Origin: an uncultured virus (IMG/VR IMGVR_UViG_3300025653_000029) | Taxonomy: Duplodnaviria > Heunggongvirae > Uroviricota > Caudoviricetes | IMG/VR virus record: IMGVR_UViG_3300025653_000029 | Length of the DNA stretch: 64,000 nucleotides | Strand: one strand, 5' to 3' | Shown: in pieces, positions 31,301 to 40,036 of the stretch | Position numbering within the stretch: the stretch's first letter is position 1 | Layout: every line of letters begins with the position of its first letter | The notes under the pieces: model-generated | Told to the model about the DNA's origin: nothing | What the model saw: only the letters and a program-made list of their open reading frames with translations | Database searches by the model: none | Made by a program: the position numbers and the translations under genes

Positions 31301-32631
31301 GTGGTGGATCTGGCGGTATGGGAATTATGGTAGATACTGATAGTGGTAGTGGATATTATTTTGAAATAGTTGCTCTTACAGAAAGAAATTTAGAAAAACA
31401 TTATACTTTCGATGCAGATGGAAATGAATCATCTGTTATTCATAATATATTATTTTACAAGATAAATAAAAATGCATCAAGTGAATCATCTCTAAATGGT
31501 AAAGCAATTCCAACAAAACTTTGGGGTGGTCTATCAACTATAACGGTTGATAGTGGCTTATTTGTAGGTCAGGATAGGCTTGCAATAACAGAAAATTCTA
31601 CTGTATATGATTTAAATATAGAATATGAAATTTTGAGCGGTGGAGCATTAAGATTTTACTTATATATAAATAATATTCTTATTAAGGTTGTTGACGACTC
31701 AGACCCTTTGCCAATAAAAACAAACACCTGCCTGTTTGTAAGATCAAGTTCTGAATGCATGTTTGAAAACATTTATGCAATTGATGACTTAGTTGCTAAA
31801 AATTCCAACGACAATATTATTCCAGACACTAGTATTTTTGATAACAATGGTATTAGAACAAATGAATTTTTAAAAAAGTACGCAATGTCTGGCATTATTC
31901 AGTCAACATATTTAAGCAATATAGGTCCAGACACCAATACAAAGTATCGTGCCTACTTTGAAGAGTTTGGCACAATTATGCGGGAATGTGCACACTTTAA
32001 TATTAAATATGACCAAGCTTTTCCATCTTTTTATTCAGTTATTGCAAAAACATTTATAAATGACCGTGGCTACACAGTGTCTGGATTTTATGGTGGATCT
32101 TATGAGGCAGAGTTTCTTGTATTCAATGCAGCAGACAAGGCATTAGTTCTTGATGAAACTACGGGAAATTATTTAAGAATTTTAGGAGTTACTTTTACAC
32201 AAAATACAAGTCAGAGTCTTACAGTAGACGACTACTTTAATAAAATATCAAACTTCTCTGACCCACAATATCAGGGTAATGAAATAGTTTCTCCACAAAT
32301 TAATTTAGAAAAATATAATCAAATAAAGTCTAGTAGATCTAAATATGGAAACAAAGAATTCTCATTAGACTCTATGTATATTCAATCTCAAGATTTTGCT
32401 GAAAATATTATGGGATGGATAATAGATAAAACTATGAGGCCAAGAAGAGAAGCAACTATTAGAACTTTTCCAATGCCGCACCTCCAGCTTGGAGATATTG
32501 TTACAATAGATTATACACTGCCAGACGGTGTAGAATATGTTGATTCATCAACTAGATTTTATATTAATGACATAGTTTATTCAAAAATGTTGGGAGAGAT
32601 TACACAAACACTTAAGGTGGTAGAGATATAA
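28333..32631 (+). CDS. large minor tail / baseplate hub (Tal-like) protein
   Basis: 1432 aa; 'LQRLAQATQTAMFFDEYNN' and C-terminal 'PHLQLGDIVTIDY' hub signatures. Confidence 0.7.
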   Translation: MFYDEDLLDAIENNNTLKISSFILAEFNLNDLENISRIGNYRYRPFGNDGQFLEPISTYDKFDFGNYYTEADISYKEYSDTDDENTFKVVDKSKDLYYSLGDCFLPFRPRSGINKLRFINGKFFDNVRSAERPRYYMPSRSDYFKYWTSYRNEDGVERGISSPSQPVIAGYAMTDACPFIVYKEAINFNRLVIKMQTNVGSVNLGSIRLSNDTVISDPLYNYSNATVPASWKIQSLDEKNNWIDIIEFNENTRRSDGSPIVPKDGHVEIFYGIKVPKEYIGVFRFIDYSVETLLPNIGNIFGDAYVVNDDNLPNGKLKIWNGSDWDDFLLEYGWSLYEEDVIEKNGTISKPVNPYFYELNGKKTYREFDRTNGIRIVVKTMNAPSAPLDIIEVSPRLLVNMSDYVESFDIAKSLSADENGLPVGYLTVSNGNVNIVNFDNILTESNTFDGEFGSIVADYARQNTKFVFYETILDVNGSDKYIPIKTLYAEIFPRPSGGDSVISVPLRDLFFKLETTNAPSLLSQETTLTYAVATVLDYIGFSNYLFKNITEENDPILPFFFIEPNISVAEILQRLAQATQTAMFFDEYNNFIVMSKEYLFPSETDREIDFVLSGNNSPLANIESIDSSETKIINDGRIDYTIRYIQRSVSTLKSSFLLDEERTYKYKPVLLWEVSATEQTKTVNEASKDSSGYTLGAMALNNDLSINPPSVVNREMVNNVIDVGESIYWIPRFQGYLYANGEIIRFDAVEFAVPGTETPTVWISNNQEYQKYFSSLPFNGKIYPTGRIRIFSEPYYETINGTTFLKNGEVRIHGRGQFGTEITNHSAGLPEYWSNNTNTYGVRTASEYLFTTTPTENISYPEISSTKRVESDAVNEIARKSKRNGIIKNFMSSKTFVDGLVNDLRTTESGTLQSSALVFKGPAPEQSIPNHRDLISYIYKDLSSNFSFRSFGTRMRIIGEPDFNYGQIANGSSNYFSIQSLDMQDSTSVSGGSGGMGIMVDTDSGSGYYFEIVALTERNLEKHYTFDADGNESSVIHNILFYKINKNASSESSLNGKAIPTKLWGGLSTITVDSGLFVGQDRLAITENSTVYDLNIEYEILSGGALRFYLYINNILIKVVDDSDPLPIKTNTCLFVRSSSECMFENIYAIDDLVAKNSNDNIIPDTSIFDNNGIRTNEFLKKYAMSGIIQSTYLSNIGPDTNTKYRAYFEEFGTIMRECAHFNIKYDQAFPSFYSVIAKTFINDRGYTVSGFYGGSYEAEFLVFNAADKALVLDETTGNYLRILGVTFTQNTSQSLTVDDYFNKISNFSDPQYQGNEIVSPQINLEKYNQIKSSRSKYGNKEFSLDSMYIQSQDFAENIMGWIIDKTMRPRREATIRTFPMPHLQLGDIVTIDYTLPDGVEYVDSSTRFYINDIVYSKMLGEITQTLKVVEI

Positions 32632-33095
32632 TGGCAGCTATAAAATTACCAACGAGGGATATAGTAAATATTGAGACTCAGGTATTATCTGACTTGTCTG
32701 AAATAGAAAAATATATTTTTCAGGACATTGCTGGAACACAATTAATTAATCTTGTTAGACATGACACCATCAGCGGCGTTGATGTTGTATATTCGGTAAT
32801 ATCAGATCTAACAAAGGTAAATATTGATTTTGATCCATCATTACTTCTTATAAATAAGGCACAATATCAGTCTATCTTTAATCAATATTCAATTAAACTG
32901 GTAAATAAAATTCCAGAAGAAACATATTATGATGAAAATCAAGAGCTTCCAGAAAACAACCTCTTGACCAATGCTTATTATGATGGGGAAAATTTAATTT
33001 TGGAATTTAATAATGTTAAAACCACTGAACTTGTTCAAGTAGAGGTTGAGACAGATGGTAAAATAAATAGAGTGAGAGAAAATGATTACTTCTAA
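32631..33095 (+). CDS. minor tail protein
   Basis: Coupled within the tail operon. Confidence 0.5.
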   Translation: MAAIKLPTRDIVNIETQVLSDLSEIEKYIFQDIAGTQLINLVRHDTISGVDVVYSVISDLTKVNIDFDPSLLLINKAQYQSIFNQYSIKLVNKIPEETYYDENQELPENNLLTNAYYDGENLILEFNNVKTTELVQVEVETDGKINRVRENDYF

Positions 33096-34470
33096 AGGCA
33101 ACCAAATTATAACTAAGTACCTACTTGGCGAGTCGCCAGAATATGCTGCATATATTTCTGTAGGCGTTGGAGCAAAACCTTTGTCAACAGGCGAGGTAGA
33201 CAACTCTCCAATAACTAAAAAATCTATGGATTTTGAGGCGTTTAGAATTCCTGTACTATCTCGCGGCCTTGTAAATGACAATATTGTTTTAGATATAGGT
33301 TCCTGGTCTGTAACAGACAACTCTGTAACTATAGAAACTCCATCGTTACATGGAACAAAAGTTGGAGATGAAATATTTGTAGAGTTTTCTAGTCTTTCAA
33401 ATGATTCAAAAGAGGGTAATTTTATTGTTGCTTCTACAACATCTAATACTATAACTTATGAGCAAACAATTAGTGCATCTAATTGGTATTCAAGTGCATC
33501 AGCATCAGATACAGCCACAGTTTCATATAACAGAGAAAGAATTGTTTTTAAAGCTGAACTTCCAACAGATCAAAGATATGAAATGAGTGAAATTGCCCTG
33601 TATCCCGCAGCCAATAATTCATTGGCACTTAACTATGATAGCCGTGTAGTATCTGGATTTTTGACAACAGAGGGGTGGACATATCATAATGTTTCACCAA
33701 GCTTGATTGAGAGCGATAACACTATTCCTTTTACAACAACTAGTATTGCAAGTGCGTCGGGAGTAGTTAGTTCAGCAACCTTTATTGATCCAGCAACATC
33801 TTTGTCTGCATGTGCTATGTTTGTCAATTCTGACAATGAAGCATTTACTTTCTTCGAAAGAAAAGAAAAGTATGAAAATCCAAGATTTTACAATAGATGT
33901 TTGATGATTCCTGGGGATATGACAAGCTTTCTTAATGACGACATGGAACTAGTAGGAAAACAAAAATATATATTTACAAACTCTTTGAAACTTAATTTGA
34001 GTCAAAATTCTCCAAATGACTATATCAAGTTTGCATTTAGTGTAATATCTCAAGAACTGTCTCCTTTGTCTGCTCCTAGCAAGGTGAGACTAAGAATAGA
34101 ATTTCTTGATAGCCTTAGTGCTCAAAAAGCGATAACAACTAGCCTACTTACATCTTCAGATTTCTCCGATGGAAGATATATAATTTTATCTAAACAGAAA
34201 AAAGATTTTGACCTTGGAAACAACTTTAGCTGGTCAAGAGTCGATGGTATAGTCATATATGCACAGACATTAGATGGATCTGGAAACTATGATGGATCTT
34301 ATATAGCATTTGACGGTATAAGAATTGACAATGAAAATACAGAAAATCCGTTGTACGGCATGGTTGCTTACTCTAAATTAAGAAATAATTTTGATGATGG
34401 TCAAACAATTTTAAAGGTAGAAAATTCACAAGGATACATAGAATACCGTTTTGGAGTCAATATAGCATAA
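33082..34470 (+). CDS. minor tail / baseplate protein
   Basis: 'MITSKGNQIITKYLLG...YISVGVG' start typical of tail-fibre-base proteins; 'IVFKAELP...EIALY'. Confidence 0.55.
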   Translation: MITSKGNQIITKYLLGESPEYAAYISVGVGAKPLSTGEVDNSPITKKSMDFEAFRIPVLSRGLVNDNIVLDIGSWSVTDNSVTIETPSLHGTKVGDEIFVEFSSLSNDSKEGNFIVASTTSNTITYEQTISASNWYSSASASDTATVSYNRERIVFKAELPTDQRYEMSEIALYPAANNSLALNYDSRVVSGFLTTEGWTYHNVSPSLIESDNTIPFTTTSIASASGVVSSATFIDPATSLSACAMFVNSDNEAFTFFERKEKYENPRFYNRCLMIPGDMTSFLNDDMELVGKQKYIFTNSLKLNLSQNSPNDYIKFAFSVISQELSPLSAPSKVRLRIEFLDSLSAQKAITTSLLTSSDFSDGRYIILSKQKKDFDLGNNFSWSRVDGIVIYAQTLDGSGNYDGSYIAFDGIRIDNENTENPLYGMVAYSKLRNNFDDGQTILKVENSQGYIEYRFGVNIA

Positions 34471-35255
34471 TGGCTAAAATAATTATTCCAAAGAGTGCTT
34501 TGCCAACTGTTTCTGATGAACTAACAAATAAGTTTAGATATAGAATTATTAATAAAAACAGAAACCTTTATTCTCAATGGTCTGTAATTGGAGAAATAAA
34601 AAGGGCATTAGATCAAGCAGACTTTAATACAAATACAACATCATATTCTATTGATTCAAGCATATCTAATAGAATTGATGGAACATGGTATACGGCAGAT
34701 ATTAATCAAGAATTTGATATATATGTTAGATACAAGTTGTCATACTTTAGTGTAGTATATGGAACATTTTATTTTCACGAACCATTGTCGTTTTTGGGTA
34801 GAAAAAATACAAATTATGTTTCAATAAATCCATTACCATTAAGTAATAGAATATCAATATACTCCTTTGGAAACTACTCTGCACAAATAATGGTAAAGCT
34901 ACCAGAATATCCAAGAATAGAATCTTTATCAGTAAATGTAGATCAATTTGATAGGAAAGTAAACTATTTAAGATATTGGCTTCAAAGAGATGTGCCATTT
35001 TCAGCAGGAGACTATGTAAATATTACATTAAACAACAATAACGCAGTCACCCCATTTGAAGATAATTCATTGTTTGCTGGAATTAAGAGGGTATATAGTG
35101 TAGGAGATGATGGAGATAATAGTTTTAAGGTGGAGTCTACTGGCCCTGATATATCTCTCAGGTCGGCATTAGATCTAGGAGCAGCTAATCCCAATACTGT
35201 GGCTAAAATAAATGGTCAGATACAATTTGTAACAGATGATATAGTCTTTACCTAA
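34470..35255 (+). CDS. minor tail protein
   Basis: Coupled; 'FRYRIINKNRNLYSQWS'. Confidence 0.5.
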   Translation: MAKIIIPKSALPTVSDELTNKFRYRIINKNRNLYSQWSVIGEIKRALDQADFNTNTTSYSIDSSISNRIDGTWYTADINQEFDIYVRYKLSYFSVVYGTFYFHEPLSFLGRKNTNYVSINPLPLSNRISIYSFGNYSAQIMVKLPEYPRIESLSVNVDQFDRKVNYLRYWLQRDVPFSAGDYVNITLNNNNAVTPFEDNSLFAGIKRVYSVGDDGDNSFKVESTGPDISLRSALDLGAANPNTVAKINGQIQFVTDDIVFT

Positions 35256-35280
35256 TGATATAATTTACTAAGGAGAAAAT

Positions 35281-35712
35281 ATGGGAATCTTATCTACGCC
35301 CAACAGGGGCCAGCCGCTTGACGTTGATTATATAGCTCAAATAGCTACACAAGTTAATCAGCTTACCACCCTTGTTGGTGATAGATCATCATCATTTTCT
35401 TCTGTCAACGATGTAAGTGTTAAAACATCAGACATGAAATTTTTTGCTAAGACAGTAAACGTTTTTGCTAGTACAAATAAAACTGATGGCGACGTAGTAG
35501 ACTATACTGTTTCATATCCACCATTTAATGGAAATCCAATCGTAACTGCAACGATTGTTTCTGGTGCTTCATCAACAATTGGCGACGATGCAACGGTAGT
35601 TATGAAAAATATTTCAAGCTCAAGTTGTACATTTAGGATAACTTTTAATGCTGGTGGAAACCTAGATATTTTTGTTAACATTATTGCAATAGGTTTCCCA
35701 GTTCTATCATAA
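35281..35712 (+). CDS. small tail-fibre-like protein
   Basis: TATAAT and AAGGAG upstream. C-terminal 'PPFNGNPIVTATI...VNIIAIG' resembles an H-type lectin/gp53-like domain. Confidence 0.5.
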   Translation: MGILSTPNRGQPLDVDYIAQIATQVNQLTTLVGDRSSSFSSVNDVSVKTSDMKFFAKTVNVFASTNKTDGDVVDYTVSYPPFNGNPIVTATIVSGASSTIGDDATVVMKNISSSSCTFRITFNAGGNLDIFVNIIAIGFPVLS

Positions 35713-35753
35713 TTTTTATGGTAGAATTGTCTAAATTTTAAACAAGGAATATT

Positions 35754-35942
35754 ATGTGCTGCAAAAGATGTAAAGGAAAAATGTTTGTAGATAGAGTTCA
35801 TTCTGCATATAATCATTTGGAAATTTTTTGCATAAATTGTGGTTATAGAAAAATATATCACCCCCCATCAAAGTTTGGAAATTTTGCATTATGGCTAGAA
35901 AAAAAAGAAAAAGAGACAGCCAAACAGGTGAATGGCAGGTAG
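35754..35942 (+). CDS. small Zn-ribbon protein
   Basis: CxxC...CxxC; TGgTAGAAT and AAGGA upstream. Confidence 0.65.
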   Translation: MCCKRCKGKMFVDRVHSAYNHLEIFCINCGYRKIYHPPSKFGNFALWLEKKEKETAKQVNGR

Positions 35943-36427
35943 CTCCAGCAAGAACCATCTTTTTCATAGACGGTATATTAGTAAGGTTATTAAACACAAA
36001 TAGAGGTGCGAATATCGTAAACCTGTTTGACTTGATTAATCAAAAAGAAGTATCTATGCTTTTATCAGATTTTAAAAGGCATAAAAAAAGAGCCTATACT
36101 TTGGCAGATACAGCAAGACTTTTAAATCGTGGTCCAGCACAAATATATAGATATATAAACGAGGGATTAATTGATCCGCCAACTGGAACCCAGCCAGGTG
36201 GGGAAAGGATGTTTACTAAACTATCTTATTATTCAGAGGACGACATATTTAAAATTAGAGAGGTTATGTCAACAATTCATAGGGGTAGACCAAGAAAAGA
36301 TGGGAAAATATCCAACAGCGTATTGACTGAGCAAGAATTGCGTGCTAAGATGGGTGATGCCTTGATGTTATATACAAGGACAAAGGATGGGGATTTTGTC
36401 CCTGTTTGGTCAGAACAAACATATTAG
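35891..36427 (+). CDS. helix-turn-helix (MerR/excisionase-like) DNA-binding protein
   Basis: 'YTLADTARLLNRGPAQIYRYINEGLI...YYSEDDI', plus an AT-hook-like 'RGRPRK'. Confidence 0.65.
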   Translation: MARKKRKRDSQTGEWQVAPARTIFFIDGILVRLLNTNRGANIVNLFDLINQKEVSMLLSDFKRHKKRAYTLADTARLLNRGPAQIYRYINEGLIDPPTGTQPGGERMFTKLSYYSEDDIFKIREVMSTIHRGRPRKDGKISNSVLTEQELRAKMGDALMLYTRTKDGDFVPVWSEQTY

Positions 36428-36435
36428 GAGAAAAA

Positions 36436-36636
36436 ATGTCAGAAAAAACAGAGGTTACTGTAAACCTTGGATACACGCTCAATCTTGGAAATTTTCAGAG
36501 TCTGAGGGTAGATCTCGGATGTACTGACTATGTTCGTCAAGATGAAGATGTAGATACCGCAATGAATCGCGTTTATGACTTTGTAGAGGGCAAAGTTATG
36601 AGTAGGATTGAGGAAGCTAAGCGGGAAATGGATTAA
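36436..36636 (+). CDS. hypothetical protein
   Basis: AGGAG RBS before ATG 36436; 'LGYTLNLGNFQSLRVD'. Confidence 0.65.
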   Translation: MSEKTEVTVNLGYTLNLGNFQSLRVDLGCTDYVRQDEDVDTAMNRVYDFVEGKVMSRIEEAKREMD

Positions 36637-36944
36637 TGGTTGATAAGAAGCAAAGATACTCTCTTATAAGCTATTTTAAAAAAGTAGCAAAGGAAAACAA
36701 TGCTCCCTTACAACCGATTAATATTCATTCTCAGCAATGGGCTGCAGAAGCACTTATAGAATCATATGGATATCAGGAGTGTAAGGATTTAGTAGATTAT
36801 TATTTTGTTGTCTCAGCCTCACCAGACTGGACATGGTTTGCGTACAACTCTGATAGGCTGCTACAATCTAAGACATTAGAAGATGATGATCGGATACTAA
36901 GAGAACGTTTACGAAAAGGTGCTAAGGAATGGTTGGAGACTTAA
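36636..36944 (+). CDS. hypothetical protein (possible helicase loader or partner)
   Basis: Coupled on both sides, directly upstream of the helicase. Confidence 0.55.
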   Translation: MVDKKQRYSLISYFKKVAKENNAPLQPINIHSQQWAAEALIESYGYQECKDLVDYYFVVSASPDWTWFAYNSDRLLQSKTLEDDDRILRERLRKGAKEWLET

Positions 36945-38164
36945 TGGATGACCTAGAGGCAAAAGTATTATCTGCAGTCCTTGAAGACAAGCAAATTCAT
37001 GTTTTATTGCAAGCAAATCCAGATTCATTATTCAGAACACATGGAGATGTTTGGGAATTTATCAGGACATACTATGAGAAGAATATGTCTGTTCCTCCGT
37101 CATCTATTGTTGTAGAAAAGTTTAGAGACTTTGAGCCAGTAAAAGATGTGGGTGCTACCAAGCACCATGTAGACGAACTAAGAACAAACTTCCTTGACGG
37201 TAAAATTAGGGAGTTGCTAAAAACTAGTGCATCACAGCTCCAGGAAAACAAGGTTCAAGATGCTCTTAATACCCTTATTTCTCAAAGTTCTGACCTTAAG
37301 CGTGGCTCTGCAGAGGTTCGTGATATTGACGTTGTAGATGTAGATGATGCTGTAGCATACTTCAAACACATTGAAGAACTAAATAGGCTTGGTGCTCATG
37401 GCATTAAAACAGGTCTGGCAGGATTTGATAACTACCTACCTTCTGGAATTATGCCAGGGCAGTTTGGAATTCTTCTTGCTTATCCTGCTATTGGTAAGTC
37501 GTGGCTTGCATTGTATCTTGCTGTGCAGGCATGGAAGAATGGCAAAAAGCCACTCTTTGTATCTCTAGAGATGACAGAGAGCGAGGTTCGTAATCGTGCC
37601 TATACTATTATGGCAGGGGGTCAGTTCTCTCATCGTAAGATTAGTGCTGGAGAAATTGATATTGAAGAGTTTCAGCGTTGGGGTAATAAATATTTAAATA
37701 ATATGCCCTCCTTTCAGATTGTTTCTAATGATGGATTGGGCGAGGTAACTCCAGCAGTTTTGCGGGGCAAAATAGACCAATACTCACCAGACATAGTGTT
37801 TGTTGACTATATTCAGCTTATGCAGTCTAATACGCCAACGGATAATGAGGTAGTAAAGATTAAGAACATTAGTCGTGAATTAAAAATTCTTGCTATATCG
37901 GAGCAGACTCCTATTATTGCAATTGCTTCTGCAACACCTGATGATGCAAAGAATATGAATACTGTTCCAACTTTGGGTCAGGTTTCATGGTCAAAGCAGT
38001 TGGCTTATGATGCCGATTGGGTTTTGGCACTTGGCCGTGAAGCGTCCTCTGATATTCTTGAGGCTTGCTTTAGAAAAAATAGACACGGCTACCTTGGAGA
38101 GTTTTTAGTACAGGTAGACTTTGACAAGGGCAGATTCTTATACAAAGATTTTGAGGACCAATAA
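36944..38164 (+). CDS. dnaB: replicative DnaB-like helicase
   Basis: Walker A variant 'AYPAIGKS', 'SLEM', 'VFVDYIQLM', 'YDADWVL', 'KNRHG'. Confidence 0.9.
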   Translation: MDDLEAKVLSAVLEDKQIHVLLQANPDSLFRTHGDVWEFIRTYYEKNMSVPPSSIVVEKFRDFEPVKDVGATKHHVDELRTNFLDGKIRELLKTSASQLQENKVQDALNTLISQSSDLKRGSAEVRDIDVVDVDDAVAYFKHIEELNRLGAHGIKTGLAGFDNYLPSGIMPGQFGILLAYPAIGKSWLALYLAVQAWKNGKKPLFVSLEMTESEVRNRAYTIMAGGQFSHRKISAGEIDIEEFQRWGNKYLNNMPSFQIVSNDGLGEVTPAVLRGKIDQYSPDIVFVDYIQLMQSNTPTDNEVVKIKNISRELKILAISEQTPIIAIASATPDDAKNMNTVPTLGQVSWSKQLAYDADWVLALGREASSDILEACFRKNRHGYLGEFLVQVDFDKGRFLYKDFEDQ

Positions 38165-38183
38165 AGTCCAGTATAATTATCCT

Positions 38184-38507
38184 ATGACAATTGTACACAA
38201 AGGGATTAAAAGGTTCGAACTAGAAGGACAAATCTATGATGAATCTTCTATTCCCCGAATAAAAAATGAACATATATTCATGCTAACAATGATGATGAAA
38301 ACGAAAGGTTATTTGATTAGATATGATATTGACCCTGACTTTACCATCATGTACAATGGAAAATCATTCGACTTTAAGTTATCGGTATACGGAGTATTTG
38401 TAGGAAAGAAGAGGGCGCAATGGTTCGATGGGGTGGACAAAAACAAGCTAATATCGAATTCTACTCAGAAGAGCAAGTCAGAAGAACACTCCTGGCCTGC
38501 GGCATAG
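38184..38507 (+). CDS. hypothetical protein
   Basis: TATAAT 6 nt before ATG 38184 (leaderless). Confidence 0.6.
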   Translation: MTIVHKGIKRFELEGQIYDESSIPRIKNEHIFMLTMMMKTKGYLIRYDIDPDFTIMYNGKSFDFKLSVYGVFVGKKRAQWFDGVDKNKLISNSTQKSKSEEHSWPAA

Positions 38508-39370
38508 ATATTGTCCAAGAGATTGAGTCAGACTTTATAATTTACTGCCCATATCATAACAACCATAGAACACCAGCAGCAGAAGTATCTAAAACATCAG
38601 GAGATTTCTATTGCTTTGGATGCCATGAGTCACGCGATTTAGTTCAGCTCGTAATGTTCTGCTCAAAAAGAAATTACTTTGAGGCAATGCGTCTTATTTA
38701 TTCCAAGAAAGCAGAAGACAATATAGAGGTTGACTTGCTTAAGATATTAGACAAAAAGCCAGAATATCCAGAGTTTGATGAAGGAGTCGTATTAAGGCTA
38801 AATGATGCTGCTCTTGTGTCTTATAGGGCAGCAGGTTATCTAAAGGGCAGAGGCATTACTAAAGATAGCGTAGAAAAATATAAGATAGGATATTCAGAAA
38901 AGCAGGATATGATTACCATTCCCATCTACTCGCCTGATAGTATTTGTGTAGGAATGGTAGGTAGGTCTGTAGAGGGCAAGGAGTTCAAGAATACCCCAGG
39001 ACTCCCACGATCTAAAACTATGTTCAATATCCAAAGAAACAAAGCTGCCAACAAGATATTCCTGGTAGAATCATCCTTTGATGCTATCCGCATTGAACAA
39101 GTGGGCGGTAAGGCATTGGCGACACTAGGATCAAATATTTCTAATAAGCAAAAGGACTTGCTAAAAAAGTATTTTACTAGTATAATCGTAGTGTCAGACA
39201 ACGACGACGCAGGAAGGGATATGAAAGAAAAGTTATCAATGTCCCTTGGTAGCATAGTAATACAGGGCGATCTACCTGATACTGTTAAAGACGTTTCTGA
39301 CTTGGATGACGAACAACTAAAAACATTTATAAATACATTTGATAACGAGATACATTACATATTACAATAG
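38420..39370 (+). CDS. dnaG: DNA primase (CHC2 Zn finger plus TOPRIM)
   Basis: 'CPYH...FYCFGC', 'LVESSFD', 'SDNDDAG'. Confidence 0.88.
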   Translation: MVRWGGQKQANIEFYSEEQVRRTLLACGIDIVQEIESDFIIYCPYHNNHRTPAAEVSKTSGDFYCFGCHESRDLVQLVMFCSKRNYFEAMRLIYSKKAEDNIEVDLLKILDKKPEYPEFDEGVVLRLNDAALVSYRAAGYLKGRGITKDSVEKYKIGYSEKQDMITIPIYSPDSICVGMVGRSVEGKEFKNTPGLPRSKTMFNIQRNKAANKIFLVESSFDAIRIEQVGGKALATLGSNISNKQKDLLKKYFTSIIVVSDNDDAGRDMKEKLSMSLGSIVIQGDLPDTVKDVSDLDDEQLKTFINTFDNEIHYILQ

Positions 39371-39382
39371 GAGAGATGATAT

Positions 39383-40033
39383 ATGGGAATTATTAAGGGG
39401 CTAAAGAACATTGAAGCTGTTCTAGATAAGCCAAAGACGGGCGGAACAGAAAGCAAAGTACGATGGCTAAGAATGGAAGATGGTCAAAGCACAAAGATTC
39501 GCTTTGTCAATGAGATTGATGAAGACTCTAAGTTTTATAACGAAGACCGTGGTTTAGCAATTGTTGTAAGCGAACATACTAATCCAAAGGACTATAAGCG
39601 TAAGGCTGTATGCAGTCTAGAAGATGAGGGCCGTTGCTTTGGATGCGAAATGCATCGTAAGGATATGAAGGCTGGATGGAGGCCAAGGCTACGCTTTTAT
39701 ACCAATGTTATTGTTGATGATGGAATTGAAGACCCATACGTCGCAGTATGGAGCATGGGTGTTGCAAAGTCTGCAACATTTTCTACTATTCGTGAATATG
39801 CAATGGATGCAGAGGGCATCACAAATATGACATGGAAGCTTAAAAGAAATGGTATGGGCACAGAGACAAATTATACTCTCATTCCAGGCGCACCAGACAT
39901 AGAAGAGTTTGACTGGTCTGGAATTGAGGCATATGCATTAGAGTCTGCGATTAGACAGGTTCCTTATGTTGATCAAGAGTCTTTCTACCTTGGATTTGAC
40001 AATCCAGCAACATCAACTACGGTTGATTGGTAA
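39383..40033 (+). CDS. phage single-stranded DNA-binding protein (gp32-like)
   Basis: Between primase and polymerase. H/C Zn ligands (EH...C...CFGC), 'KLKRNGMGTETNY', acidic/aromatic C-terminus. Confidence 0.65.
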   Translation: MGIIKGLKNIEAVLDKPKTGGTESKVRWLRMEDGQSTKIRFVNEIDEDSKFYNEDRGLAIVVSEHTNPKDYKRKAVCSLEDEGRCFGCEMHRKDMKAGWRPRLRFYTNVIVDDGIEDPYVAVWSMGVAKSATFSTIREYAMDAEGITNMTWKLKRNGMGTETNYTLIPGAPDIEEFDWSGIEAYALESAIRQVPYVDQESFYLGFDNPATSTTVDW

Positions 40034-40036
40034 GCC

